This document shows, one piece after another, positions 38,320-50,532 of a stretch of 64,000 nucleotides of DNA. The DNA lies in assembly GCF_001194135.2 (NCBI RefSeq), contig NC_068984.1:68375351-68439350 (forward strand), written 5' to 3'. The translations under genes and the position numbers were made by a program. This DNA is from Octopus bimaculoides (Eukaryota). A model generated the notes under the pieces. The model searched no databases. It had not been told where the DNA came from and saw nothing but the letters and a program-made list of their open reading frames with translations. Numbering within the stretch: position 1 is the first letter of the stretch; each line of letters opens with the position of its first letter.

Positions 38320-39985
38320 TATGATTTGCTATTGTTAATAGGAGATTTCAACGCAAGAATTGGAAGCAACAATGAAAACAAAAAATGAATCATGGGACAG
38401 CATGGAATGAGTCAGATCACAAATAATGGCAAATGCCTGATAAACATTTCTGAAGAGAGTAACCTGGTTATAGGTGGTACACACTTTAAGCACAAGAATA
38501 TACATAAATTAACTTGGACATCACCTGGTGGGAAAACAAAAAGTCAAATTGACCACATCATAATCAACAGGAGAAGGTGATGATCCCTACATGATGTATG
38601 AGTGATGCAATATGCAGATGTCGACAGTGATCATTACTTACTTATAGCTAAACTCAAACTCAAACTAAACAAATCATGCACAAGGACCACTAGGAATCAG
38701 CGTCTTGATGTAACCAAATCGAATGATTATACAATCAAGAAACAGTTTCAGTGCATTACAAACCAGTGAGAATGTTACAATTGACAATTTCAACCATATC
38801 CTTAGACACAGCTAAAGAAACTATTGGATGTAGAATAAATCCTAAATCTGAATGGATACCAAAAGACACATGGAAAATCATAGATAAAAGGAAAGAAATA
38901 AGGAAGAAACTTCTCACTTTTACATCAACCAAACATATAAGAAAAGTATATGATGAAATATAGGAATGAGGATAAGGCAGTTAAGAAATCTGTACAGAAT
39001 TACAAGGATACACAAACCAATTGGCTGAAGAGGCTGAATTAGCTGCAAAGCATAAATATTTAAGATCACTGTACAAAATAATGGAAAGACTGCATAGTAG
39101 AGACCAAGGGAGATACTACGATCTGCCTGTACAAGGTGCCGATGGAATCAAAATAACTTATGAAAAAGCCAAACTAGAATGATGGAAGAATCACTTCCAA
39201 ACTATCCTTAATTGTCCAGAGCCCATAATTTCTACTGAAATAAAAGATGCGGATAAGGACTTGGAAATCAACACTAGGGAGATCATGGTAAACGAAGTCG
39301 TAAAAGCTTTCCATAAATTAAAAATGTCAGATCATCAGGATTAGATGGAGTTTGTGCTGAAATACTTAAAACAGAGGTCAAAGCATTATCAATTATTTTC
39401 CGAAAAATTTTACAAAATATCCGGATCAATGAGGAGATGCCAAACAGCTGGAAAAAAGGACACATTGTGAAATTACCAAAGAAAGGTGATGCATCAAGCT
39501 GTAATAATTGGAGAGCAATCACTCTATTATCAATCACCAATAAAATATTCACCCATATCAAATTAAAGCACATCACAACAGCAGTAGATCAATTATTTCA
39601 CCAAGAGCAAGCTAGATTCAGGAAAGGAGAATCATGTATTGACAATATTTTTGTAATTTGCCAAATACTTGAATGATCCTATGAATGGAACCCACCTTTG
39701 TGCATGCTGTTTGTTGACTTTGAAAAAACTTTCCATAGCCTTCACTGAGATACACTTTGGGAGATTCTTAGACACTATGATTTCTCATACCATTTAGTCA
39801 AGATGATTCATTTATTGAACGTCAACTTCAAATGTCAAGTTATACACAACAACAAACTGACATATCTGTTCGAAATCAAAACTGGAGTCAAACAAGGATG
39901 AGTGTTATCACCCATCTTATTTTCATTGGCAGTGAATTGGTTGATGCAAAAAAACAACTGAAGAATATAAATGAGGTATAGAATG
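38320..39985 (+). mobile_element. Decayed RTE-clade LINE ORF (endonuclease C-half plus RT N-half)
   Basis: LLIGDFNARIG...NLVIGGTHFKHKNIHKLTWTSPGGKTKSQIDHIII; WKKGHIVKLPKKGDASSCNNWRAITLLS...QEQARFRKGESCIDNIF...LFVDFEK...KTGVKQG*VLSPILF. Many stops. Confidence 0.93.
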
Positions 39986-40224
39986 GAACACAATTCAACT
40001 ATGTGTAAGGTGCAGTTGAGCTAGAGGCCAATGGTTGAAGTGAATGGCGATTTTATTGAATAAATTTACTCTTTAGAATTTCAAGATAATTTTATGTAAT
40101 TTTGGTAAATATATCTGTTAAAATGCGATGTCGGTGTTATTTTCATTCTTGCATAATTTAGGCAACAATATATTCACCGCATACTGTATATATGTGTGTG
40201 CGTATGTGTGTGGGTATGTGTGTG

Positions 40225-40274
<50 letters not shown>

Positions 40275-40629
40275 AACACACACACACACACAAACACACA
40301 CANNNNNNNNNNNNNNNNNNNNNNNNNNNNNNNNNNNNNNNNNNNNNNNNNNNNNNNNNNNNNNNNNNNNNNNNNNNNNNNNNNNNNNNNNNNNNNNNNN
40401 NNNNNNNNNNNNNNNNNNNNNNNNNNNNNNNNNNNNNNNNNNNNNNNNNNNNNNNNNNNNNNNNNNNNNNNNNNNNNNNNNNNNNNNNNNNNNNNNNNNN
40501 NNNNNNNNNNNNNNNNNNNNNNNNNNNNNNNNNNNNNNNNNNNNNNNNNNNNNNNNNNNNNNNNNNNNNNNNNNNNNNNNNNNNNNNNNNNNNNNNNNNN
40601 NNNNNNNNNNNNNNNNNATATATATATAC

Positions 40630-40663
<34 letters not shown>

Positions 40664-41019
40664 ACCTAATATAATATATATATTCAGTCTGTAGTGAACA
40701 CTACATCTTTTAGGATGTTAAATGAATATGTCAATTGCCCTTCTAAATTCATAATGCAATTTTTGATTGCAAAATATTAATTATAAACTATGAATGACGG
40801 CAGATACTGAAACGTGCATAGGCATTATGAAATTGACTATTATGTAAATAAATTGATTTTGCTGTGTTTAAACTTTCCATTTTCTTTATATCATATTATT
40901 GAAATTCTGTTCTCATATATTAAATAGATAAAAACATCTTTATATTCATCAGTATAGAGATAAACTGGTGGATGCTTGAATGTAAGACATTCCTAGAAAG
41001 AGCAATCTCTTTCTATACA

Positions 41020-41057
<38 letters not shown>

Positions 41058-41810
41058 TATCATGGTCATCTTCTCCTTATGCAGAGTCTGACCATCTCCT
41101 CTGCCTACACCTTCAATCAATCATGGCGTCTGATGTGGCTTTTTAAATCAGACAATGTATTGAAAAAGTACCAACATATATACACATACATACATGTATT
41201 TATGCATATAAAATGCATAATAGTAAATATATATATGTTAATGTGTTTGTGTATCACTCTCATGTACATACACACACACATACACACACACTTCTGCATT
41301 TCCATATCAATATCTTGTTTCTCCATCTCATTTTCTCTTTCTCCATTTCATTCATTTTAATCGATCAAAATTTAAAACTACGAATGCCAGAAAAGTACGT
41401 CATGAAACATAACCCCTTCCTTCAATCTATCTCTGTCATCAACCAACAAGTCCCACTGCTTCACCATGCTGCATTTTAATTGGCAGATAACCTGGTGGTG
41501 CCTGTTGCTCCCCAGGGTTAGTTGTCCCTCGCTTTTTCCCTGCGAGTGATTCTTCCGCAGTTTGACATGTCATATGTTATATTTTGTCAAATCCTACACA
41601 CACCACTTACATCGCTAGATGCAGTTTCCTAATTCAATAGTTGAGCATCCAACCCTGAGACAGGTTGCTCTTGGTTTTATGGCTGTCATTGTTGTTGTTG
41701 TTAAGCCTCATTTCAGCCCTGATCGAGAAGGGCGATGATCAAAGACATTCCAGTTGTAACCATCACTGATGTTATTTTCCAATATAGAGAGAACTCAGAC
41801 TATCCATATA

Positions 41811-41841
<31 letters not shown>

Positions 41842-42649
41842 CATATACTCATTACTCTTTGCTCTTTTACTCTTTTACTTGTTTCAGTCTTTNNNNNNNN
41901 NNNNNNNNNNNNNNNNNNNNNNNNNNNNNNNNNNNNNNNNNNNNNNNNNNNNNNNNNNNNNNNNNNNNNNNNNNNNNNNNNNNNNNNNNNNNNNNNNNNN
42001 NNNNNNNNNNNNNNNNNNNNNNNNNNNNNNNNNNNNNNNNNNNNNNNNNNNNNNNNNNNNNNNNNNNNNNNNNNNNNNNNNNNNNNNNNNNNNNNNNNNN
42101 NNNNNNNNNNNNNNNNNNNNNNNNNNNNNNNNNNNNNNNNNNNNNNNNNNNNNNNNNNNNNNNNNNNNNNNNNNNNNNNNNNNNNNNNNNNNNNNNNNNN
42201 NNNNNNNNNNNNNNNNNNNNNNNNNNNNNNNNNNNNNNNNNNNNNNNNNNNNNNNNNNNNNNNNNNNNNNNNNNNNNNNNNNNNNNNNNNNNNNNNNNNN
42301 NNNNNNNNNNNNNNNNNNNNNNNNNNNNNNNNNNNNNNNNNNNNNNNNNNNNNNNNNNNNNNNNNNNNNNNNNNNNNNNNNNNNNNNNNNNNNNNNNNNN
42401 NNNNNNNNNNNNNNNNNNNNNNNNNNNNNNNNNNNNNNNNNNNNNNNNNNNNNNNNNNNNNNNNNNNNNNNNNNNNNNNNNNNNNNNNNNNNNNNNNNNN
42501 NNNNNNNNNNNNNNNNNNNNNNNNNNNNNNNNNNNNNNNNNNNNNNNNNNNNNNNNNNNNNNNNNNNNNNNNNNNNNNNNNNNNNNNNNNNNNNNNNNNN
42601 NNNNNNNNNNNNNNNNNNNNNNNNNNNNNNNNNNNNNNNNNNNNNNTAT

Positions 42650-42762
42650 CTGCCATGACTGTGATTTTGCTTGGCTTGATAGGTCATCTTCTCAAGTACT
42701 ACATAATGCCAAAGGTCACGGTCATTGCTTCCGTGAGGTCCAACACTTGAAAGAAACTCAGT
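42650..42762 (-). mobile_element. RTE 3'-end fragment next to an N gap
   Basis: Minus tgttggacctcacggaagcaatgaccgtgacctttggcattatgtagtacttgagaag matches 10960-11035. Confidence 0.75.
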
Positions 42763-43064
42763 GAAGCATACTAGCTTCATTATATATGTATACACACACA
42801 CACATATATATGTATGTATGTATACACACACACATACATATATATACATACACACACATACATACACATATATATGTATATGTATGTATACGTATATGTA
42901 CACACAAACACACACACTTATAATTACAATGCGGCTATTAAAACCTTTTATAAACATATTAATCCAAGATTCACTGGTTCAATATATTATATATTTTGAA
43001 GGGATATTTCTTCAATGAATATATTATATAAAATATCGTAAAATAGCAAACATTATTATTGAAT

Positions 43065-43499
43065 TAGAAAAGAGAGATATCTAATGGATACAAATTAATT
43101 TATTAATCAATCAACATATTCACCTGCAATTGTTTCATTTCAGAAACAAAATTAGAATTACAAAACATACATAAATATATAATTTTGCATTTTAAATACC
43201 TTGTATGAAAAATCATCAAAGTGTACAAAGAACAATAAGGAATACATTAAGATATGTTTGGAATCCTCAGAATATATAGACATGTTTATTCTCAGGATTC
43301 CAAATGTATCCTAATGTAATCTTTTTTGTCCTTTGTACATCCTGATGATTTTTTCATACAAGATATTTAAAATGCAAGATTATATATTTATATATATATT
43401 TTGTACTTTAAATTTTGCTTGTGAAATGAAACAATTGTAGGTGAATATGTTGATTAATTAATAAATTAATTTGTATCCATTAGATCTCTCTATTTTCTA
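43065..43499. repeat. Long inverted repeat, ~210-bp arms, 12-nt spacer
   Basis: 43065-43274 pairs with 43287-43499, e.g. atctaatggatacaaattaatttattaat / attaataaattaatttgtatccattagat and tttggaatcctcagaata / tattctcaggattccaaa. Confidence 0.92.
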
Positions 43500-43532
43500 T
43501 CTTGATATATATATATATATACACACACACAC

Positions 43533-43615
<83 letters not shown>

Positions 43616-44113
43616 CAGAGGTATATACCAATACGTGTATATATTTTCATTTTTGGTTTTATTTTTTACTTTTAGCAATAACACAATGACCACAAGTATT
43701 AACACCCTAACACAATTCATGTTAAATGATTTGTGGCTTTATTCTTGTATTTTCTTCCTAACCAAATCCTCCTCACTACCACACATGCATCTGAACTTCT
43801 AGAATCTCTCAATACTACTGTTTACCCTGAAGCAAAATTGAAATGTAAAACTCTTAACTCATAAGCATATTATGCCACCTGAAGAGGCTCTTTTACACTC
43901 TGCATTGCATCTGGTGTTATTGCATCATTCTACACCCAGTAAGGAGCAGTGCAACTTGAGGCCAAAGACTGTTGTACTAATAAATGCTTTTTGTTATACT
44001 GCCTTCCCCATTAATCTTGAATATGTGTGTGCGTGTGTGCGTGTGTTAAATAAAATAAGATAACAAGGCCAAAGCAATGTGATATTCCTAGGACATTTAT
44101 AAATAGAAAGGTG

Positions 44114-44160
44114 GTCTTACAGCCGTTTCAGGGAAACAAATGATATCCCATCATCAGAGA
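44114..44160 (-). ncRNA. Minimal type I hammerhead ribozyme motif (left arm)
   Basis: Minus reads tct-CTGATGA-t-ggga-loop-tccc-t-GAAA-c-ggct-g-TA-aga(c): conserved CUGAUGA and GAAA core, GUA cleavage triplet, 3-bp stem I. U.U at 10.1/11.1 is atypical. Confidence 0.6.
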
Positions 44161-44233
44161 TGAGTTAAAAGAGATTCAATAACTTCTAAAGCATGAACTC
44201 TACTAATCCCTTCTATTGAAGCTCTTTTAACTT

Positions 44234-44281
44234 GTCTCTGATGATAGGATATCATTTATTTCCCTGAAACAGCTGTGAGAC
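44234..44281 (+). ncRNA. Minimal type I hammerhead ribozyme motif (right arm, cleavage site mutated to GUG)
   Basis: gtct-CTGATGA(44238-44244)-tagga...tccct-GAAA(44266-44269)-c-agct-g-TG-agac: 4-bp stem I and palindromic loop III (acagctgt). G at position 17 should block cleavage. Confidence 0.55.
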
Positions 44282-44466
44282 CACCTTTTTATTTATAAAT
44301 GTCCAAGGAATATCAAATTGCCTTGGTCTTTTTATCTTATTTTATTTACATCCACACATAACTTGCCTTAGACTTCTCACTCATGCTATTATTAAACCAG
44401 CAATTCTTCTGTAGCACTTACATAGCATTACCTGCCATTTGGGTCTTCTAGATACCAAAACATCTC

Positions 44467-44500
<34 letters not shown>

Positions 44501-44510
44501 NNNNNNNNNN

Positions 44511-44553
<43 letters not shown>

Positions 44554-45322
44554 TGGACATATATGTACTCACACATACATACACACAGGGACATATATGT
44601 ACCCCTCCACACATACATACACATGCACATACACACATACACACACACTCACGCTCACACACACACGCACATATATCACATATATATTCTTTCTCTCTGA
44701 AGCTGCCTCCATTTTCCTCTCACACCTTTCTCATTCTTTGTTAAATTCTTAAGCATTATTCATTTCTCTCTCTCTCTCTTTTCATCATCAGTTTCTTTCT
44801 GATCTCACACTCACTTTTTCTTTCATCATTATTCCATCTCCATATTTTCTGTTTTCATCTCTCAATGGACCACACCAAGAAAAGTTTACCTCTAATCCAA
44901 AATGTAGGCTAATTAACTAAGCTAAAGCAGAGATAGAACTAATCAGTAAGAAAATCTTTTAAGTAAGATTGATAATAACATTAGAAATGCAACTCAGACT
45001 CTAACAGTAAGAAAACGAGGGCACTGTAATTAGCTTGTTTAAAAATATTAATAATATACACTCTTTAGGTCACTCAGTTTGATATTGTTGATTTCAATCT
45101 TTCAATCTCTCAAACACTAATCACCAATGCCACTCACTTCACAAAGAGATACTATAATGTAAACAGAAAATATTTTGTATGCAATAAAAACCCTGCTCTT
45201 AAACAAATATTCTGCTGCCTGGGTAAAATATAAAGAAACAACACAAAATGAAAAAAAAACATACAGGTTCATTTGATATCAGCATGAGTTAGTTTGAAAG
45301 CAGAGATACATGCAACATTGTT

Positions 45323-45368
<46 letters not shown>

Positions 45369-45997
45369 NNNNNNNNNNNNNNNNNNNNNNNNNNNNNNNN
45401 NNNNNNNNNNNNNNNNNNNNNNNNNNNNNNNNNNNNNNNNNNNNNNNNNNNNNNNNNNNNNNNNNNNNNNNNNNNNNNNNNNNNNNNNNNNNNNNNNNNN
45501 NNNNNNNNNNNNNNNNNNNNNNNNNNNNNNNNNNNNNNNNNNNNNNNNNNNNNNNNNNNNNNNNNNNNNNNNNNNNNNNNNNNNNNNNNNNNNNNNNNNN
45601 NNNNNNNNNNNNNNNNNNNNNNNNNNNNNNNNNNNNNNNNNNNNNNNNNNNNNNNNNNNNNNNNNNNNNNNNNNNNNNNNNNNNNNNNNNNNNNNNNNNN
45701 NNNNNNNNNNNNNNNNNNNNNNNNNNNNNNNNNNNNNNNNNNNNNNNNNNNNNNNNNNNNNNNNNNNNNNNNNNNNNNNNNNNNNNNNNNNNNNNNNNNN
45801 NNNNNNNNNNNNNNNNNNNNNNNNNNNNNNNNNNNNNNNNNNNNNNNNNNNNNNNNNNNNNNNNNNNNNNNNNNNNNNNNNNNNNNNNNNNNNNNNNNNN
45901 NNNNNNNNNNNNNNNNNNNNNNNNNNNNNNNNNNNNNNNNNNNNNNNNNNNNNNNNNNNNNNNNNNNNNNNNNNNNNNNNNNNNNNNNNNNNNNNNN

Positions 45998-46058
<61 letters not shown>

Positions 46059-46175
46059 TACACATATGTATATACATACATACATGTATATATTTGTATA
46101 TGACATACATACAGATACATTGATAGGTAGATAGATAGATGCTAGCTAGCTAGTTAGACAGACAGACAGACAGAC

Positions 46176-46212
<37 letters not shown>

Positions 46213-46527
46213 TGAAAGAAACGCACTCAGAAATTTGTAACATCAAAATTATGATTGCATAAAGATGATGAAACAGCCATTTCTCATTAATGCTACAGGG
46301 CATACATTAAATAGTTTTAGAAAAGTCCTCATTAGTACATTGAAGAATGTTAACCTCGTATTAACCCTGTTAATTTTAGTATTGTAAACTTTCTAAGTGT
46401 CTCTCACAAATCACACACTAATGTATAAAAAAAAAACTAAGCAACAAATGTGTGTCATCGTTGTTTCCATCATCATCATGATGACCACGACTACGACCAC
46501 GCTGATGACAATGACAACGACGACGAC

Positions 46528-46847
46528 ATGAATTACCATGGGATTGCTCCTAAAAAGTTCCCTTCTGAGGCACAAGTCCGGGCAAGGTTGTTTATGAAAG
46601 ACCAGCAGTTGCCCATGCATAATAGCCTCCCCTCTCCACGCCACCGATGTTATCCAAGGGAAAGGCAAATATTGATACAGCTTGGCACCAGTGACGTCAT
46701 AACTCATTTCTACAGCTGAATGAACAGGGGCAACATGAAATAGAGTACCTTGCTCAAGAACAGAGCACACAGCCTGGTCCAGGAATTGAACTCACTACCT
46801 CATCATTGTCAGCGTGACACTCTAACCACTGAGCCATGCACCTTCAC
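46528..46847 (-). mobile_element. SINE-D, near full length
   Basis: Minus head gtgaaggtgcatggctcagtggttagagtg...gtgagttcaattcc (A and B boxes), core ttcttgagcaaggtac, tail tttttaggagcaatcccatgg. Confidence 0.88.
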
Positions 46848-47214
46848 ATTATGACTTGGGTAATTGACATAATTGAAATGAAAACGAGTCAAAGGAGACA
46901 ACTCAGAATAGTCCGACACACAAGTCTGGACAACAAAGACAAGGCAGAGGGATACTTATTTGCATAGAAGAAAATTCTTGATTCTTGGAAACTGTAATCA
47001 TTTCAAGAGAAAGTAAACAAATACCTTGCAGCAACTGATTCTAAAAGAGGTGAGATAATCTCAAGGAAGCAGTAATTCTCTAAAATAATATGCTATAATG
47101 GGAAATGTCTGTGTTTTTTTTTTTTTTGGCTTACTTGTTTGTTTATTTGTTTTTCTGCTGGAGACAAGAGAACAGGAATGAATACATTTGTCTACCTCAA
47201 TATACATCATCAGT

Positions 47215-47436
47215 AAGGTAGTGAGCTGGCAGAAATGTTAGCTCGCCGGGCGAAATGTTTAGTGATATTTCATCTGTCTTTACGTCCCGAGATTAAATTC
47301 CGTCGAGGTCACCTATGCTTTTCATCCTTCCAGGGTCAATAAATTAAGTACCAGTTGTGTGCTGGAGTCAATGTAATCATCTGATCTCCCCCCCACCAAA
47401 AAAAAAATTTGGGGCTTTGTGCCTAGAGTAGAAAAG
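47215..47436 (+). mobile_element. SINE-A2 with 16-bp TSD
   Basis: TSD aatatacatcatcagt at 47199-47214 and 47437-47452. Confidence 0.9.
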
Positions 47437-47796
47437 AATATACATCATCAGTGCAGCATTGTCTGACATTGACTTTGGTCAGTAATAAGACTTAGATATA
47501 TAGAAAAAGAACAGTGAATACTTATATGGCTATGTTAATTTGCATAGATGAATTGAAAATGAGCTAAGGGAAATAATTCAGAGAGGCCGGGGCAGTTAAT
47601 TTTTTCGTAACAATGATGAAAAAATGTATACAAAACATTCAAGATAAATCCTTGATTAACTAAAACAATCTTTGCTACATATAACAGTAGCTGAAACTTA
47701 ATCTGAATGAGAGGGGAAGATAAACTCAAAGAATCAGCAATTCCCTGGAATTAAAGATATAAGAACTTCACTGAATCTATTATTATTGTAACACCA

Positions 47797-48000
47797 AAGG
47801 CGGCGAACTGGCAGAATCGTTGGCACAATAGGTAAAATATTTAGCAGCATTTCTTCTGTCCTTATTTTCTGAGTTCAAATTCTGCCAAGGTCAACTTTGC
47901 CTTTTATTATTTCAGAGTCAATAAATTAAGTACCAGTTGAGCACTGGGGTTGATGTAATCAACTTACCCCCCCCCCCCACACCCAATATGCTGGCCTTAT
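47797..48000 (+). mobile_element. SINE-A2
   Basis: aaggcggcgaactggcagaatcgtt...gagttcaaattctgcc...aataaattaagtaccagttgagcactgggg. Confidence 0.85.
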
Positions 48001-49477
48001 TATAACATCAACAATTTCATACACACACATACACACACACACACACACATACACACACAAATAAATACACATGTACATACTAATGTATATACTCATAACC
48101 TCATTCAGGCATTCACTATGGACTCACAATTTCAAATACATACACATGTACAAGACACCTTGGCTGCAAGTATATACACACACAACCAAATATGTTTGTC
48201 AGTTAGTGTTTCATTTCAGTTGAAGTATCAAGAAATTTTCTTATACTATTCCCTTTAAAGGGGCAAAATGTGAGCAATGTCACCTAGGGGAACTGAAGCA
48301 AGCGTCTGCCATTAATTTAATGGTCATGATAACCATTACATTAAGTAGACCCTGACAACTTTCATCAGTCTAAGTAGAAGCTTTATGTGTACAAGAGAGG
48401 CATTGAGTAAATCGGTTTTGATTTGTTCGAAGCATTAGGTATGGTGGAAATGAGTAAGTTTTTTTTTTTTTTTTTAGTTTTAAAATGCAGTTTAAATGAA
48501 AAGGAAACATTAAATAATAGCTCATAATATATCAGGCAAATACTTCTTNNNNNNNNNNNNNNNNNNNNNNNNNNNNNNNNNNNNNNNNNNNNNNNNNNNN
48601 NNNNNNNNNNNNNNNNNNNNNNNNNNNNNNNNNNNNNNNNNNNNNNNNNNNNNNNNNNNNNNNNNNNNNNNNNNNNNNNNNNNNNNNNNNNNNNNNNNNN
48701 NNNNNNNNNNNNNNNNNNNNNNNNNNNNNNNNNNNNNNNNNNNNNNNNNNNNNNNNNNNNNNNNNNNNNNNNNNNNNNNNNNNNNNNNNNNNNNNNNNNN
48801 NNNNNNNNNNNNNNNNNNNNNNNNNNNNNNNNNNNNNNNNNNNNNNNNNNNNNNNNNNNNNNNNNNNNNNNNNNNNNNNNNNNNNNNNNNNNNNNNNNNN
48901 NNNNNNNNNNNNNNNNNNNNNNNNNNNNNNNNNNNNNNNNNNNNNNNNNNNNNNNNNNNNNNNNNNNNNNNNNNNNNNNNNNNNNNNNNNNNNNNNNNNN
49001 NNNNNNNNNNNNNNNNNNNNNNNNNNNNNNNNNNNNNNNNNNNNNNNNNGTTCGAAGCATTAGGTATGGTGGAAATGAGTAAGTTTTTTTTTTTTTTTTT
49101 AGTTTTAAAATGCAGTTTAAATGAAAAGGAAACATTAAATAATAGCTCATAATATATCAGGCAAATACTTCTTACATGCAGAGAGTGAGCAAATTTACAT
49201 ACAGAAGTTGAGTCATATGTCTATTGATTAGTGTGTGGCTCTGATATCCTGGTATGTACATACATCTGTACATACATACATGCATGTATACATGCATATG
49301 TACATACATATATGCACATGCATAAATACATACATACATACATACATATATATATATATATTTATATATATATATATATATACATACACACACATATATA
49401 TACACATGCAAATACATACACACAAATACATACATTCATATACACATGCATGCACAAATTCAGGCATACATACATCA

Positions 49478-49830
49478 AGTGTAAGCATAACAGGTCAGGT
49501 AATGTAGTTTGGGACAGATAAGAAACTGTATGTACTCTCATAGAGGTCGGCTCTCCTGCTGATGTGAATTATCTCTTTGAAAATCAAAGAGAAAGAAGAT
49601 AACTATGGACAACTGCTTCAAAACTTCCAGCTTATATATCCGGATTACAAATTTACATTTATACCAATAATATTTGGTGCACTTGGTTTTGTAAGTAAAT
49701 ACCTAACTGTCAGTCTGGATCAGCTTGGATTTTCAGAATAGAAATCAACCAACTGACTTGCTCATTACAAATGCTATCTGAAAGCAGAACGGTAAAATTA
49801 TGCAAGACTTTTCTCAGGTTTAAAATGTGA
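49478..49830 (+). mobile_element. Restriction-like endonuclease (RLE) C-terminus of an R2/R4/NeSL-group non-LTR element
   Basis: With two frameshifts: KHNRSGNVVWDR*ETVCTLIEVGSPADVN-ISLKIKEKEDNYGQLLQNFQLIYPDYKFTFIPIIFGALGFV...TVKLCKTFLRFKM*. Fits RPD..E....N...K..EK..Y..L.....P...GALG, with PD mutated to SG. Confidence 0.8.
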
Positions 49831-49929
49831 CATTGTTTTTGTTATTTACATTCCAACGGTGGAACTTTGTATCTTTGTTAGAAACTAGCTACTTCTTCAA
49901 AGGTAAAATTTAGATAATTAAAAGCAGAA

Positions 49930-50159
49930 GGCGGTGAGCTGGCAGAAACGTTAGCACGCCGGGCGAAATGCTTAGCGGTATTTCGTTGGTCTTTACGTTC
50001 TGAGTTCAATTTCCGCCGAGGTCGACTTTGCCTTTCATCCTTTCGGGGTTGATTAAATAAGTACCAGTTACACACTGGGGTTGATGTAATCGACTTAATC
50101 CCTTTGTCTGTCTTTGTTTGTCCCCTCTATGCTTAGCCCCTTATGGTCAATAAAGAAAT
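49930..50159 (+). mobile_element. SINE-A1, full length, young-looking
   Basis: ggcggtgagctggcagaaacgttagc...aataaagaaat with many CpGs retained; imperfect TSD aaaagcagaa / aaaaacagaa. Confidence 0.9.
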
Positions 50160-50532
50160 AAAAAACAGAAAAGTACATACATACATACATATATACACAC
50201 ACACATACATTTATACATCTATATAGATTACTGTTCTGTCATAGGTAGAATCAACAAAAAACATATTCCATTCAATGAGATATAAGGTTTCTTGAATGGC
50301 AACGGCATGCTTAATGAAAAATTACCATCAATTCTTTTAGTAGTCTGGCCCATCTGATGTTGAGCCATCTATAACGTGGCTTGCTTCTCAAAAAAAAAAA
50401 AACGTTAGCCATGCCTTATTTATAACTTTATCTCCTTCAAGTTCTCTCATTAAAAGCAAATTACTTCAGTCTCTTGAAGTTTCTAAATTATAACATAAGC
50501 AATAATTTCATTCATACCCACACACACACATA

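Larger units (their letters stand above)
44048..44347. repeat. Long inverted repeat, ~134-bp arms, ~32-nt spacer; probable Penelope-like pLTR palindrome
   Basis: 44048-44181 pairs with 44214-44347 (aaataaaataagataa / ttatcttattttattt; ggacatttataaata / tatttataaatgtcc). Each arm carries a hammerhead-like core. Confidence 0.9.

Noticed and set aside
43875-43970. cctgaagaggc, a CUGANGA-type motif between the two palindromes
   Set aside because: No downstream stem II plus GAAA at a suitable distance.
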